In this document: positions 45,888-58,618 of the stretch, piece by piece
Numbering within the stretch: the first letter of the stretch is position 1
Layout of the letters: every line of letters starts with the position of its first letter
Assembly: GCA_040954595.2 (NCBI GenBank)
Contig: CM082577.2
Location: 19,256,303 to 19,320,302 of the forward strand
Length of the DNA stretch: 64,000 bases
Direction: 5' to 3'
Source: Balanoglossus misakiensis
Taxonomy: Eukaryota > Animalia > Hemichordata
Made by a program: the position numbers and the translations under genes
Notes under the pieces: generated by a model
Database searches by the model: none
The model's input: the letters and a program-made list of their open reading frames with translations, nothing else
What the model was told of the DNA's origin: nothing

Positions 45888-48286
45888 TTTTTAGGTCCCA
45901 TTTGTATAGGTATATATACCATGGGACCTTATGGGATGGGTTGCGTCTGTATGTATGGATGGATGGATGTATGTCTGTATGTCCGTCCACATCAAAAATT
46001 TGAAAACCGCTGCGCGTATCACGTCAATATTTGGTGTGTAGATGCAGGCTGGGCTGTAGATGGGAGTTTGTTCAAACGAAGTTGCCAGGCCCCAAAATAT
46101 GCAAATTAGCTTGTAAAATGTGAAATTTATCAAAACTCTGAAACTCAACAGCCACTGGTCAGATTGCTTTTAATTAAAAATTGGTATGCATGTACCTTAT
46201 GTCAACCTCACACCGACCTGTAAATGTTCAGTTAATATCATGAATGTTTTATTTTTTATGAATTTTTTAGTCTTTTTCAATATTTTAGGTAAAAGATTTT
46301 TTTTCTGAAAGTGATGGGCTTACTTCTTTGAAATTTAGTATGAAGCTTCCTAATGGTTGTCTGAGTAACCATAGTTTTGTTCAAATTGTTGCAAAATTTG
46401 CATATTTATAATTTTGAGCAATATTTAGAGAATAATGAACGCCCCAAAGACCCATAATGGACGAAAGCACACATTGTGCGTCATAATATACGAGGCGAAG
46501 CCGAGTATATTATGGAGCACAATGTGTGCTTGAGTCCATTATGGGTCTTTGGGGCGTTCATTATTCTCATTATTTTATAGTTTTGTCAATGCCAGTGAAT
46601 TTGCAGACTTCAAAAAGTATAGGTGCGAACAATTCAGACTCGGACACGGAGATCGAGAACAGAGCAATGGCGTACGCGTAAACAAAAGGTCACCTGATCG
46701 CGGTGTGTCAGTGTACTGTACATTTCTAGTATCATATTCAAACATCAGGAAATAAATAATGAAGGTTTATTTACGCATGTGAAAATTCATTTAAGGGTTC
46801 TGCGGAAATATATCTGAAAAAGTTTCGATTTTTGTGTAATCTTTAGGCGGACTCGGGGAATATTTGAATTCGTTTGCGTTCTCAGGAAAGTTCACGTATA
46901 CGGGCGCTCGGGTGGTTGCAATACATAAACAAACTCGCCCTCGATCGATCCCTCCGTATCGCGTAGACAACATGACAGTGACACTTGCGGCATATTTTTT
47001 TTACGTATAGCTTCGTTGACATGACTGCTTGGTACATGGTACACTGTATGTATGGTGAACGAATGTCAAATCCAGCATCATCGAGAGGTTTGCTTTACGT
47101 GCGTGAGCGAGCCATGTTGACTGCGCGTGATTCAAGAGCAGACGACATGTACTGCAGCCGTAGGAAGAAAAAATAAACAAAACGCCAGTCGAGGACAGAT
47201 TTGGAAATTAATAAATATCGCCGTATTTATTCTGTGTACGTTTGCATTTCTTTTTTTAGCCCTTAAAATGTTCGCATTGTTTGAAATCCTCCGTTATTCA
47301 GTCGGAAATTGTACACGTCCACTGGTTCTTGGGCGCGTCGCGCGTCCATCGAATAACACGATACATTATCAGTAATAATGTATAGCTATGACGTCACAAA
47401 ATTCACTGGTATTGATAAAGCTATAATATAATTGCCATTTTTGGTCAATTTTTTTCTTCTTTAAAACCGCTTTGCAATTTGGTAGGCATGTTCGTAGGGG
47501 TAACCTTAGTAATATGTTGTAAAAAAAATGTGATATTTGCATAAATGTGTTATCGGGGAAACTTTTGCAACTTTTGTTAAACATTGTTTTCTCTGAAACC
47601 GCTTGTCATATTGCATTAAACTTTGGCAGGCATGTTCCTTGTAGTGATTGAAGTAAGATATTGTACAATTTGGTGATATTTGCATATATGTGTTTTTGCC
47701 ACTTTTGAACAAATATTTTCTGTGAAACTGTTTGTTGGATTGCTTTGAAATTTGTTTTTTCTCTGATTGCTTTGAAATTTAGGATATAATAACATAACAC
47801 ATACATGTATATGTGCAACTTTTATTCAATTCTGATATCAGAAATAGTCAATATTTAGCGAATGTAAGTTTCTTTGTTTTTGATTAACAAATCTTCTCCT
47901 AAACCAATTGTCCAGTTGTTTTGAAAGTTACTGTTTACAAGGAGTTGTTACCGCCAACTTAGACATGTTTACATAACTTTAATGGGCCAGCTGTTACAGA
48001 GACCACCGGCTATTAAATTTTAATTACCAGTGGCAGGTCAGAAGTTGCTTCTCATATGTGTTTGTACAGACAATTTTTGGTCAATTTTTTTTCTAGCACC
48101 ACTTGTAAGACTGCCATGACACATGACCGTTTATTGGGCATGTTCTTTGATAATTTTCTTACATTCCATATTTCTATATCGTAAGATCATATCTGCTTGC
48201 AATGTCACCTGTAATTTTTATTCTGGTGTGTCACTGTTTCCGCATAATCCTGAAATGGGACCACAGTGTCCTTGACGCTATTTTTT
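45888..48286 (+). mobile_element. HINE family C (sub-TIR ggtcccat) containing a hairpin-ended insertion
   Basis: ttttaggtcccat...atgggacc plus (GTAT/GGAT)n at the start; atgggaccacagtgtccttgacgcta-ttttt at the end. Related pieces at about 43585-44640, 48925-49117, 51205-51410 and 55255-56300. Confidence 0.7.
46426..47430 (+). mobile_element. Hairpin-ended element (tentatively Crypton-like)
   Basis: Palindrome about 46428-46568 centred on cgaggcgaagccgag. ttatagttttgtcaatgccagtgaattt after the hairpin is inverted at about 47398-47426. Confidence 0.78.
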
Positions 48287-49158
48287 GACACTCTGGTAGT
48301 GGGCTAATGCGCATGTCTGTTGTAAAACTTATGTACATTTGTGTCAGTAGTTGTATTGATTTCAGCTTCACTTCCATCATAAACTGTTGGTTTTTTAAAA
48401 ATATGCATATTCGGGAAGAGTAAAAATGAATGTCAAGAAACGCGACAGATTGAATCTAGCCCGGAAGTTATAGAACGTTCATTTATTAGCCAATCAGATT
48501 CCACAATTCTAAATATGGCGGTTTGTGCTTACCTGCCTCTTAGATATTTGTCACCGAGGCACGGTACCAGCCAAGGCCGTGTAACGCCACGAACACACAG
48601 ACCTGTACGCAGTGCTAATGGCTATGGTTGAAATGATCCTGAATTCCTACATATATTTTGTCTATTGTCAGTCATAACGTATTAGAATTAAACTGTGGCC
48701 ATCATTTTGTACGATGGCACGCTGGATAAGCTTCCCTCGCTAAAGTATCACAAAACTAAACAATTCCGGTTAGCGCGATTTCGTTTCAGGAATGCAAATC
48801 TTAAAGAAGAAAACACAGTTGAGGAAATAAATCAACGAACGAACGCAAAAACTTTGACCCTTATTAGATATATGACATTTAATTGGTCAATCCTATTCCA
48901 CTGAGACATTACACGGACTGCTAACTGTTAATGAGACGAGCTGTTCTATTTGGTGTATGTACAGTACACTTGCCATTGGCAGCTTATGGGTCAGTCAGGG
49001 TTTGCCCATTGATCTCTATGTGTAATCTCTGTCTGTCTGTATATGTACTCCCGTGTAGACTTTTTTTTCTTGTCCAATCCCTTAATGGGACCACAGTGTC
49101 CTTGACACTGTTATTTATGTCATGATATTGTATGGTTTCTTGTGATCTCTCCTCTCAG

Positions 49159-49284
49159 TGACATTTCCATTGGATTTGACAAAAACAAGATTGCAAGTAC
49201 AAGGTGAAGCTGCAGCCCTTGCACACAATGGTACAACTCCAAATATAACATACAGGGGTATGGTGAGGACAGCTGTGGGTGTAG
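49159..49284 (+). CDS. SLC25A27: UCP4 coding exon 2
   Basis: ctctcag|TG...; (V)[41 protein letters not shown] with the carrier signature PxDxxKxR; donor G|gtatgt; phase 1-1. Confidence 0.95.
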
Positions 49285-49807
49285 GTATGTACAGCAATAG
49301 TTAAATTTTCTACTTCAAAAAGCAGACGTAAAGAGGGAGACTCAATTTGTTTGTTAGCCAAAATTATTTTAGAAATTATTGATCTTTGTGTGACCTGCAT
49401 GTATGGTTGGCAGAAATGACTTCTATCAGGTAACCAACCTCCTAGGACGTACTGGTCCATAAATCGATAAATCTGCCTCAGAAACACCTTGTTTTTAAGA
49501 TGGTTTTCATAATATTTTTATGATAATTAACCTCAACCGGTAGTGAGATTTAAAATTGAAATTTTTACATTTTGTGCAGTGTGTGTCTTTGTGTTACTCT
49601 GCAGTGTCAACTCGCACAACATGATGGGAAAGCTCCATTAAAAGTTAGGACCTCACTTCCTCACTTAGATATCAAGGGATTAATCATATTCAAATATTTG
49701 AAGGGATAAAAAAGTACAGTAGTGAGCAGTCTCTTACATTTTTACTACTTGGTTGCAATAGATCGAGAATAGATATCAATGCGCACATCTACTCCACGCG
49801 TCAAATA

Positions 49808-50180
49808 GTAACAATTAAGCAATAACTACCGCCGCAGGCGGGTATACACGAGATTTTGGTACAATTCGAGACATATAGCACGAGCCGTTAGGCGAGTGCT
49901 ATATGGAGCAAATTATACCCAAATCGAGTGTATACCCAACTGAGGCGGCGGTCATTGCTAATATATTATAACAACAACTGAATTTGTGGATATCAGTGTC
50001 TTTTTCTTAACGAAACAGCGTCAGAAAAAGAAGTTATGATCGTGAACCAACATGATGACGATGAATGTAAACATGAGCGGCCCGGGATCGAGCATTAAAC
50101 ATGAAGCAGACGACAAAAAGTGACAAAAGTGCAAAATATTCAGAGCAGAACAGTTCCAAAATAAAACGTCCGTAAATTCA
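49808..50180 (+). mobile_element. Hairpin-ended element, 5' part
   Basis: Palindrome about 49818-49961 centred on cgagccgttaggcgag; far end not identified. Confidence 0.6.
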
Positions 50181-50184
50181 AGTG

Positions 50185-51162
50185 TTTTTAGCTCTGCTGT
50201 CACTTGTGTCAGCCGAGCTGTAGCAGTAGGTTGATAAGTGTCCGTCCGTCGTCCGTCAACTTTTGGTATTATAAATCTTCTTTAAAACTACTTGGCATAT
50301 TTAGCTGAAACTTGGTTGGAATGTGTGTTATAGAGCCCTTACCTGATTTTGTTAATTTGGATTTGATGGGGTCATGAATATGCAAATTAGATCTAAAAAT
50401 AGAATTTTGGGTCAAAAATCTTCTTCTCCATAACTACATGTACGATGGAGCTGAATTTTGGTAGGAATGTGTGTTATGGTGTCCCTACCTGATTTTGTTA
50501 ATTTGGATTTGATCGGGTCATGAATATGCAAATTAGATCTAAAAATAGAATTTTTGGTCAAAAATCTTCTTCTCCATAACTACATGTACAATGGAGCTGA
50601 AATTTGGTAGGAATGTGTGTTATGGTGCCCCTACCTGATTTTGTTAATTTGGATATGATGGGGTAGTAAATATGCAAATTAGATCTAAAAATAGAATTTT
50701 TGGTCAAAAATCTTCTTCTCCATAACTACATGTACGATGGAGCTGAAATTTGGTAGGAATGTGTGTTATGGTGTCCCTACCTGATTTTGTTAATTTGGAT
50801 TTGATCGGGTCATGAATATGCAAATTAGATCTAAAAATAGAATTTTTGGTCAAAAATCTTCTTCTCCATAACTACATGTACAATGGAGCTGAAATTTGGT
50901 AGGAATGTGTGTTATGGTGCCCCTACCTGAATATGCAAATTAGAACCTTGGTGCTTCATTTTGATGTTGTTCTTTAGGATTCAATTCTTTCTTTCTTTAG
51001 CACAATGAATCAAGCTGGATTTGGATAAATACTTGTGATGTCTATGTTTGGTTTTGTTCAATAGAATACAATTGTTATGAATTAAAACCTAGGGTATTCA
51101 TATCATTGCCCAGGTTACACTGTTAAAGTCAGCAGAGCTCTTTTGACCGACAGGTCACTTGT
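50185..51162 (+). mobile_element. HINE family D with internal ~146-bp tandem array
   Basis: tttttagctctgctg...gagct and (GTCC)n at the 5' end; cagcagagct plus hairpin tgaccgacaggtca and cttgt at the 3' end. Units start near 50414, 50560, 50707, 50853. Confidence 0.88.
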
Positions 51163-52850
51163 ATACGCGGCAAATTCCTGCATGTTTGTATAACTGGCTA
51201 ACTTTTCAAGAGACCAGCTGTGTATTTGGTGTATGTACAGTATATGCCATTGGCAGCTTATGGGTCAGTCAGAGTTTGCCCGTTGATCTCATTATGTGTG
51301 TGTCTGTTTGCATGTCTGTACAACATATATATAATGTACGATGTACTTTAGTGTAGATTTTCCCTTGTTTAATCCCTAAATGGGACCACAGTGTCCTTGA
51401 CGTGATTTTTTGATCATTGCATTCAAACAACAGGCCCATACAGTCGAGAAACTGGGTAGTGAATTTGCATATTTTATCATCACCGGAGCCTCGCTTTCGA
51501 ACACGCGGGAGCTGCAAACATGGCGTTCGCAACCCTCGCCGTTGTCATGTAAACAAATTTTTAGAAGTGGTTTATCTCAGTTAAAAACACCGAAAGAAAA
51601 AGAAAAATCAACTTTTCTGAGGTATTATAAAGTAATTATTGGGATAACGAAAAAATCCGCCATTTTTAGCGTCATTTCTTGCAATTAATGACCTATCTCG
51701 GCACCAGTCATTACGGTGATTTACCGCGCTACGACGGGCCAATTTTCAGCGAACGGGTAAGGGGTCAAGGAGGTCGTGAGCCATCACGATATTTCAAACA
51801 CATGATTTGGAAAGTTCAAAGGTACTTCAGTCCAAATATGGGATATGCAGTGTTTACTGATCCAGGTCACGTACTTCCGGGTTTCGATGTTGCGCGCAAT
51901 GTGTATGCGTCGAAGTTAGTCCTGCGTACAGGTCTGTAGGTTCCCGGCGTTAATTAAAGCCGCCCGGCCGCTAACCACACGATGTGGGCTAAAGGCCAAC
52001 CTGCACGACCCAGTCCACTAGGGCTACAATTATTGCGGCTACGGTTATGCGAAATACTGACTCTCCTTGCAAGTCACCGCGTATGTTGCATGACCCCCCC
52101 CCCCCCCCCCCCCCCGCCACATACAGCCACACTGAGTTAGTAACATGCCCCCTGGCAAATACATTTGCTAGTTTTACCCAGCAATTTCATCATCACTGTC
52201 AAGGTGCTATCATCAACTTCGAGAACATTTTCTTCTGGTAAATCATATTCTTGTTCATCGTCAATAATTTCTTCTATTTCACAATTTGTGATTTCATTAT
52301 CATCATTATTGGTTTCTTCTTCAATAATTTCATCAGTTTCTGTCTGCAGTTCCCTGCCCTTGTTATTGTATTGTTCACACAGTTCAGGCAATTACAGCCT
52401 GGGCCACACATCATGCCCTTCTTTTTGCATTTACATGTATTATTCTTGCATCCTGTTTTCGTACATTTACACCCTTTTGTGTAAAACATCACACGCTCTT
52501 GAACCTTCTGCATATTTTCCACAGAATCCCATCCCACAGTATATTTATTTTCCCATTTTCCACATTGTATCCTGAGTTTTCATAAGGAGGAAGTGTAATG
52601 TGATGTCGGTGAGCTTGTGACCACAGTTCAGAAATAAAACACGTTCTATACCAGTGATATTTTAGTGCAGTGTCATTTGGAATTATCTCTTGCTCTGTCT
52701 GCGTTCGTACTTGTATAATGTGTCTCTTATTTTACTCAGCCACTTTGTGTGTAATTCCACTGGACTGTCTGATTGGTTTTGTACAGATCAAAGGGGCTTG
52801 ATGATTCTGAAGAAAATTCACTGTAATGTTTTTGGTAATACAGTGTACCA

Positions 52851-54886
52851 ATTAAAGCTGCAAGCAGCATTGAAGGGGCCCAAGCATAGAGTTAATAACC
52901 ATTAGACTCCATTCAGGGTTGTACCATTCAAATGCGTAGGCTGTATTTGCTCTGGATGTAGAGATATGGGGAAGTAGGCAACCACCCGAAATGGATGTCT
53001 TACAAGTACAAACACAACAACCAAAGGTGAACTTCTACGTTGTAAGTACTTCAGTAAGTATACTTCAAAGGTCAGCTGAGGGTACCCAAAAATTGGGCCA
53101 AAAATTAGGATTCTTATTTGGTTCATATTCAAGACAACGGAAAATCCTCGCTGTTTGGGTTTGTCAAATTAGATATGGCCATAATAATGAGTTACGCGAG
53201 TAAGTTACAGGTGGCCCCAGGAATTTAGCATTTCATGACGCAGAGGGTCCTACCCTACCCCTCCAAACACCTGGCTATATATGATGTGCGTGCTAACATA
53301 TGGAAAGCAGGTCAATGGACACCTCACCTAAAAATTTGACAAAAAATTGTCATTCCTGTTTATGTCATGTGCAACAAATCCTACATTTGCAGCCCTTTCA
53401 CTTTGCCTACCATTAGGTATGCACGTAATACATGAATCAAGTAGGTGTCGCAGGTATCCCCATGTATTTGACATTTCATGATAGTTTCATCCCTCCAAAT
53501 ACCAAAGCTGCACCTGTACAACGGGCTGAGATATGGCACTGTACGACAGAGGTCATCCAAATCAACTTACACATTTGGGCAAAAACAAACTGACACTTAC
53601 ATTCGTCCCTGTGGAACAAAAACCACACCTATTGCCCTTTGGTTAGTTTCCAATTAAATGTACAAAATCAATGACTTAGGCAGGTGCAACAGGGGACCCC
53701 GCCTTTGGTATATCATTATGGTCCCATCCGTACATGTATATGCCCCCCCCCCCACCCCCAAACGCCAAAGCTGCATGCATCTGCTGTGGATGTTCACTAA
53801 GCAAAAGTAGGTGAAATGTCACATAAGGTCGCCCATAACTTGACAGGAAAATCGGACTTCAAATTGATCCATGTGCAACAAATACCACGCTAGCATCCCT
53901 TTCATTGACTCCACAATTACGCATGCACATAATTGAGTTACACAGGTGTCACAGGTGACCCCCGAATCGGGCGTATTACTAGTATTTTGGTCCCATACAG
54001 CTGCATGAAGCTGCGTGCCATTACGGGCGACCTGATAACCCCCACGGCCACCTGTGGGCCGACCCCCATACTGAACGTCCAGTTGCAACGTCACGACAGA
54101 AGTAGAAACTTCGAAGTCTGATCTCTGATTATTGCTGGTACCATACTCCCTATGTGCAAGAAAATCACTGATCTGCTGATGTATTTTGGCCACATTAGCG
54201 ACTGAGGGTCAAAGTCCGTCGCAGCATTACATTGAATGTTAACCAGTGTAGCCGGGTCTGGATAGAAACATTTGAACGGCAACAGCTAACAAACTCAGCG
54301 TAATTCAATAAAACGCCCTGAACTCCGATAATGTGTTGTCCCAAAATTCATTCCGTGGAAAATAATCACTGGTCAGTTTACGTATTTCAGCCGATTTTCC
54401 AAGGACTACTGCAACCCGCCAGAAGTGAGTAGCCTGCTAATGAGATCTCCACAACATTACGTAATGACGGTCAAAGTCCGATGCCCCAGTGTCCGTCCTC
54501 AGCCAACCAAAAAATGCGAAAAATATTACAAAAATCTTCTTCTCAAAATCGACGTGGCCTAGGACCTTGAAATTTGGCACAGGGGATTTTGGCCACATGG
54601 TCTACAAAAATCGCGAAAAGAATGTACATGCCCCCATTAACTTGCAAATTAGGTCAATTTGAAAATTTCGCTCGATTATAGCCACCAAGTCACGTGACTA
54701 ATTACAAATTCAAAGGGCAGGTGCACCAGTACTCATAGGCCCCAACCATCGTGCCAAATTTCAAGGTCCTAGGCCACGTCGATTTTGAGAAAAACGGGAG
54801 CAAAAAAACGACTCAAGAAGAAAGAAGAAAAACTCCAGCAATAACAGAAGGGGACCAAGCGCCTGAGGGCGCTTGGTCCCCTAATA
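52851..54886 (-). mobile_element. HINE family A copy 2
   Basis: Colinear with 13982-16067, same termini. Confidence 0.85.
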
Positions 54887-55254
54887 AGACGATAAAATGA
54901 AAGCAACCCCCTTTCTCTACAGATGAATTCTGTGTATAAATGCATCCCCCCTTTTGTTGGTATATTTATTCGTCCATACAAGGGTTTTCCCTGATAGAAT
55001 AATTTGAAACTATCAGTATTCAAATTTAATTCCTCAGATATTACATTTTTCAAGGAGCTGACATATGGATCTGTGAGCCGAAAAAAATACTCATGTGAAT
55101 TTAGATGAACAATTATGTCACATCCACTTGCAATCTTTTTATCAGATTGAATTGCCTTGAATTTTGATTTGAGTCTACAAAATCTGCTTTGTATGTCACA
55201 TAGCAGGAGTAAGGCTTGACTCTCATTCACATTTGTCTTGCATTGTGACAAACG

Positions 55255-56300
55255 TTTTTAGGTCCCATTGGTATAGGCCTATATACCATGGGACCTTATG
55301 GGATGGGTTGCGTCTGTATGTATGTATGGATGGATGGATGGATGTATGTATGGATGTATGTCTGTATGTCCGTCCACATCAAAAACTTGAAAACCGCTGC
55401 GCGTATCACCTCAATATTTGGTGTGTAGGTGCAGGCTGGGCTGTAGATGGGAGTTTGTCCAAATGAAGTTGCCAGGCCCAAAAATATGCAAATTAGCTTG
55501 TAAAATGTGAAATTTATCAAAACTCTGTAACTCAACAATTACTGGTCAGATTGCTTTGAAAATTGATATGTATGTACCTTATGTCAACCTCACACCGACC
55601 TGTAAGTGTTAAGTTGATATCATGGATGTTTTATTTTTTATGAATTTTTTAGTCTTTTTATTAAATTTATACCTTTACTTATACCTCTATGGTTAAGCTA
55701 TGTCCACGTCTTATTGTGGAATTCTGGTCTGTGCAATAGTCCTGTACAGTGACTGTCTATTGGTCAGTGAGCACAATGGGGCCAAAATAAAAGGCAAATT
55801 TTTGGGCTCACCTGTAACACCTGCTTAACACACTAATTATGTGCATACCTAATTCCGGGCTAACTAATAGGGCTAGAGGTTTCGTTCTTGTGGGACATGG
55901 ACCAGTATAGGGTCAAAATTTCTTGCCCAAATTTTGGGTGACCTAAGGTGACCTTTGACCTACTTTTCCATATCTTGGCATCCAGAGCAGGTACAGACTT
56001 CGCGTTTGGAGGGTTGGGACTAAAATTGAAAAGCCAAAATTGGGGGTCACCTGTGACACCTGCATATCTCATTAATTATGTGCATACCTAAATCCAGGCT
56101 AACCAATAGGGCTATAGGTTTGGTTTTTGTTGAACATGGACCAGTATAGGGTCAAAATTTCTTGCCCAAATTTTGCATGACCTCAGGTGACCTTTGACCT
56201 ACTTTTCCATATCTTTGCATCCAGAGCAGATATGCTTATTGCTATGTTGCTATGTGCTATGTCCTCAAATGGGACCACAGTGTCCTTGACGCTATTTTTT
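55255..56300 (+). mobile_element. HINE family C copy
   Basis: Same 5' palindrome, microsatellite and 3' end as 45888-48286; inserted in a T run. Confidence 0.78.
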
Positions 56301-57492
56301 AATCATGGTTTCGGCCATAATAATGGACTTGTCTTTTATAAATCTTTGGCGATACTCATGGCAATGATGTTTTAGAGGTCCTGACATTTTGCACATAGAC
56401 CGCAGCGATTTTTTAAACTCTTGCAGTTGATTACACTGTTTTTATTTGTTTCACTACATTATTTTTAACTTTACACTTATCCCGCATTTTTGTAATACAA
56501 ATATTATATCGATGCTCTGCCAGTCGTACAAAATGTGGAAATATGGTACTTGTAAGCTTTGTAATTATTAAATGAAGGCTTGCTAGCACTTTTAAGCCAT
56601 GCATTTAAAATATTTGCAACTTTTGTTTTTATTTCAGTTGAGTTTGTATACAGAACCTTGTTTTTTTCCACTTCAGAGCAGGTTTTGTTAATTTGCAACA
56701 GTGCATTTTTACTGACAGAGTTTATGCGTGAACGATGCACCCTCCTTGTCCACAAAGGAAGATTGACTCCACATACAATCACCATTTTTATGCGTTTTAT
56801 GGTTATCTGTAGTACTTAAGTAGTATAACCCTGGAAGCCAACAATGCACCAATAAATCCGAAAAAAATCAACTTCTCTGGTAAAACAATAGCAAAGAGAT
56901 AGCTATGTTAATGTGAGACGAAAAAATGCACGATTTAGTCATACACAAGTCCAAAGAATCATGCGTGGCACGTGGATGCACCTCAGTGACACGATCACGA
57001 ACCGATGTAAACAATCAGCAGCGTGTGATCGCCATATTGGATTTTACTGGCGTCGACCACCCAAAACCTACTCAAGTTCAATGGCCCGAAACACTCCACT
57101 TTGGGAAGCTTGAGCCAAAACGAAACAATATCCGTTCAAAATATAAGATATAAAACTAATACAAAAAGCACACTTGAAACAATTTTATGCTTGCAAACGG
57201 AAACGACGCAGTGTTTATTTTACCACATTCGCTAGACGTAGCGTACAAATAATATCAGAGATCGAACAGAAATACGATAAATTTTCCACTTTCAACTCGA
57301 TAGGATGATAGGTTACGTCTATTAAACCTGAGCGACGAAGTTTGGTGGCACAAATCTCACCAACGGTTCTTGAAGTAATGGTGGCGCTGTTGAAATTCAA
57401 AGTAAAATCTCATTAACATATGCAAATTCACTACCCAGTTTCTCGACTGCATAATCCTGTCACACTTGTCAAATTTCAAGATTTTTATAGTA

Positions 57493-58093
57493 CAGTAAAG
57501 CATCGATTATCTTAACGTTGATTATACGAATTGTTTGGCCATCCAAGCTCACTCTGTGTCCCCCCAGAGTCTACATGTAGACGTATAGGCCTACCTTGTT
57601 TAGTTAATCATTGTTTGATGATCACGGCCCTCTCTGTCAAAGGACGGCATTATAGTACAGCACTTTCCTATTTGCCTTTTGTTTTGTATCCTCGGGTATG
57701 TATCATTTGGATGCAATCGCAAGAGGTGTGAAAATAAACAGCTCGACAATGGCACAGTTCGTCAGCTGCATAGCTTTGTCAGCTTTGCTATAAAAAGGAT
57801 GCGACCGACATTTTGTCAAAAATGACAATGTCATGAAACGAAGTGTCACTTCATTCTTTTTTTTTTTAACTTTCTCATTATTTTACTTTGTACAGTGTTT
57901 GAAATGATCCAAATTTACTTAGAAATAAAAATAGAATGGAAAACGATGTGTCTTGTCTACTATGATACAGGTTTATGTATGCGTGTTATATGTGAGATGT
58001 GACCCCGCCCCCTAAGATTGCATATCCGAACCGATTGCATATCCGAACCAAAAGCCTGTCCCCCTAGCTGTTCGGATAATCGACGGTTTACTG
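57493..58093. mobile_element. Old Tc1/mariner-pogo-type MITE
   Basis: ta|cagtaaagcatcgattatc ... gataatcgacggtttactg|tg (imperfect TIR; right TA mutated). Confidence 0.55.
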
Positions 58094-58136
58094 TGCTCCG
58101 AAAAGTTTTTCTTCATAAGATATATGAATTTAAGTA

Positions 58137-58341
58137 CTGTGAACACTTTATTTCGCAAGTTTAAATTATCGCGATACCGAGAGAGGCCACTGTTTCGCGA
58201 GTATTAATTTTCGTGTTCTCTTATTTTATTCACTGCATCGTTATCTTTAAAAAAAACTTAGCGACTTTTTATTTTCACGCTATTTTGGCTCTCGCGTATT
58301 TCGCGAAAAATTTTTGCTCGTGAAAATAAAGTGTTTTACAG
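58137..58341. mobile_element. 205-bp MITE flanked by TA
   Basis: ta|ctgtgaacactttatttcgc ... gtgaaaataaagtgttttacag|ta. Confidence 0.7.
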
Positions 58342-58555
58342 TATTGTCTAGGTTGGTCTACTACATGTATACAGGTAGGAGCTTTCAGTAAAAGGGATTG
58401 TTGGATACTACATGTAGGTGCAAGAAATCTATTAAAAATAAGTCGTACATACCTCTTTGTGTGACTGTGCATTGTGCATGTGTTTTCACCACATCATGAA
58501 TATTAGCTGGTTGCATGTCATTAATGAACTGAAATGAAATCTGGTTTATTTTCAG

Positions 58556-58618
58556 TGGAAGAAGAAGGATTATTTCGATTATGGCAAGGACTTACACCAG
58601 CAATATACAGACACATAA
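58556..58618 (+). CDS. SLC25A27: UCP4 coding exon 3 (gene continues beyond the window)
   Basis: ttttcag|TG...; (V)EEEGLFRLWQGLTPAIYRHI, matching UCP4 EEEGFLKLWQGVTPAIYRH; donor A|gtaagt; in phase with exon 2. Confidence 0.93.
   Translation, partial: WKKKDYFDYGKDLHQQYTDT

Larger units (their letters stand above)
52137..56785 (-). pseudogene. Decayed Academ transposase: pieces 56300-56785, 54887-55254 and 52137-52850
   Basis: Removing the HINEs joins LLSFYRL-IGTLYYQKH. Then IPNDTALKYHWYRTCFISELWSQA...INILWD/SVENMQKVQERV...GCKCTKTGCKNNTCKCKKKGMMCGPGCNCLNCVN and an acidic tail. Several frameshifts. Confidence 0.75.
51441..57449 (-). mobile_element. Internally deleted Academ-type DNA transposon (CAG termini, 4-bp TSD CATA) with two nested HINEs
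   Basis: 32-bp TIR cagtcgagaaactgggtagtgaatttgcatat. CATA at 51437-51440 and 57450-57453. Contains decayed minus-strand coding remnants ending in a Cys8 finger. Confidence 0.85.

Noticed and set aside
45573-48617. Single large TAG...CTA element spanning 3 kb
   Set aside because: Opposed TIR fragments exist at both ends but the flanks share no TSD; treated as separate remnants.
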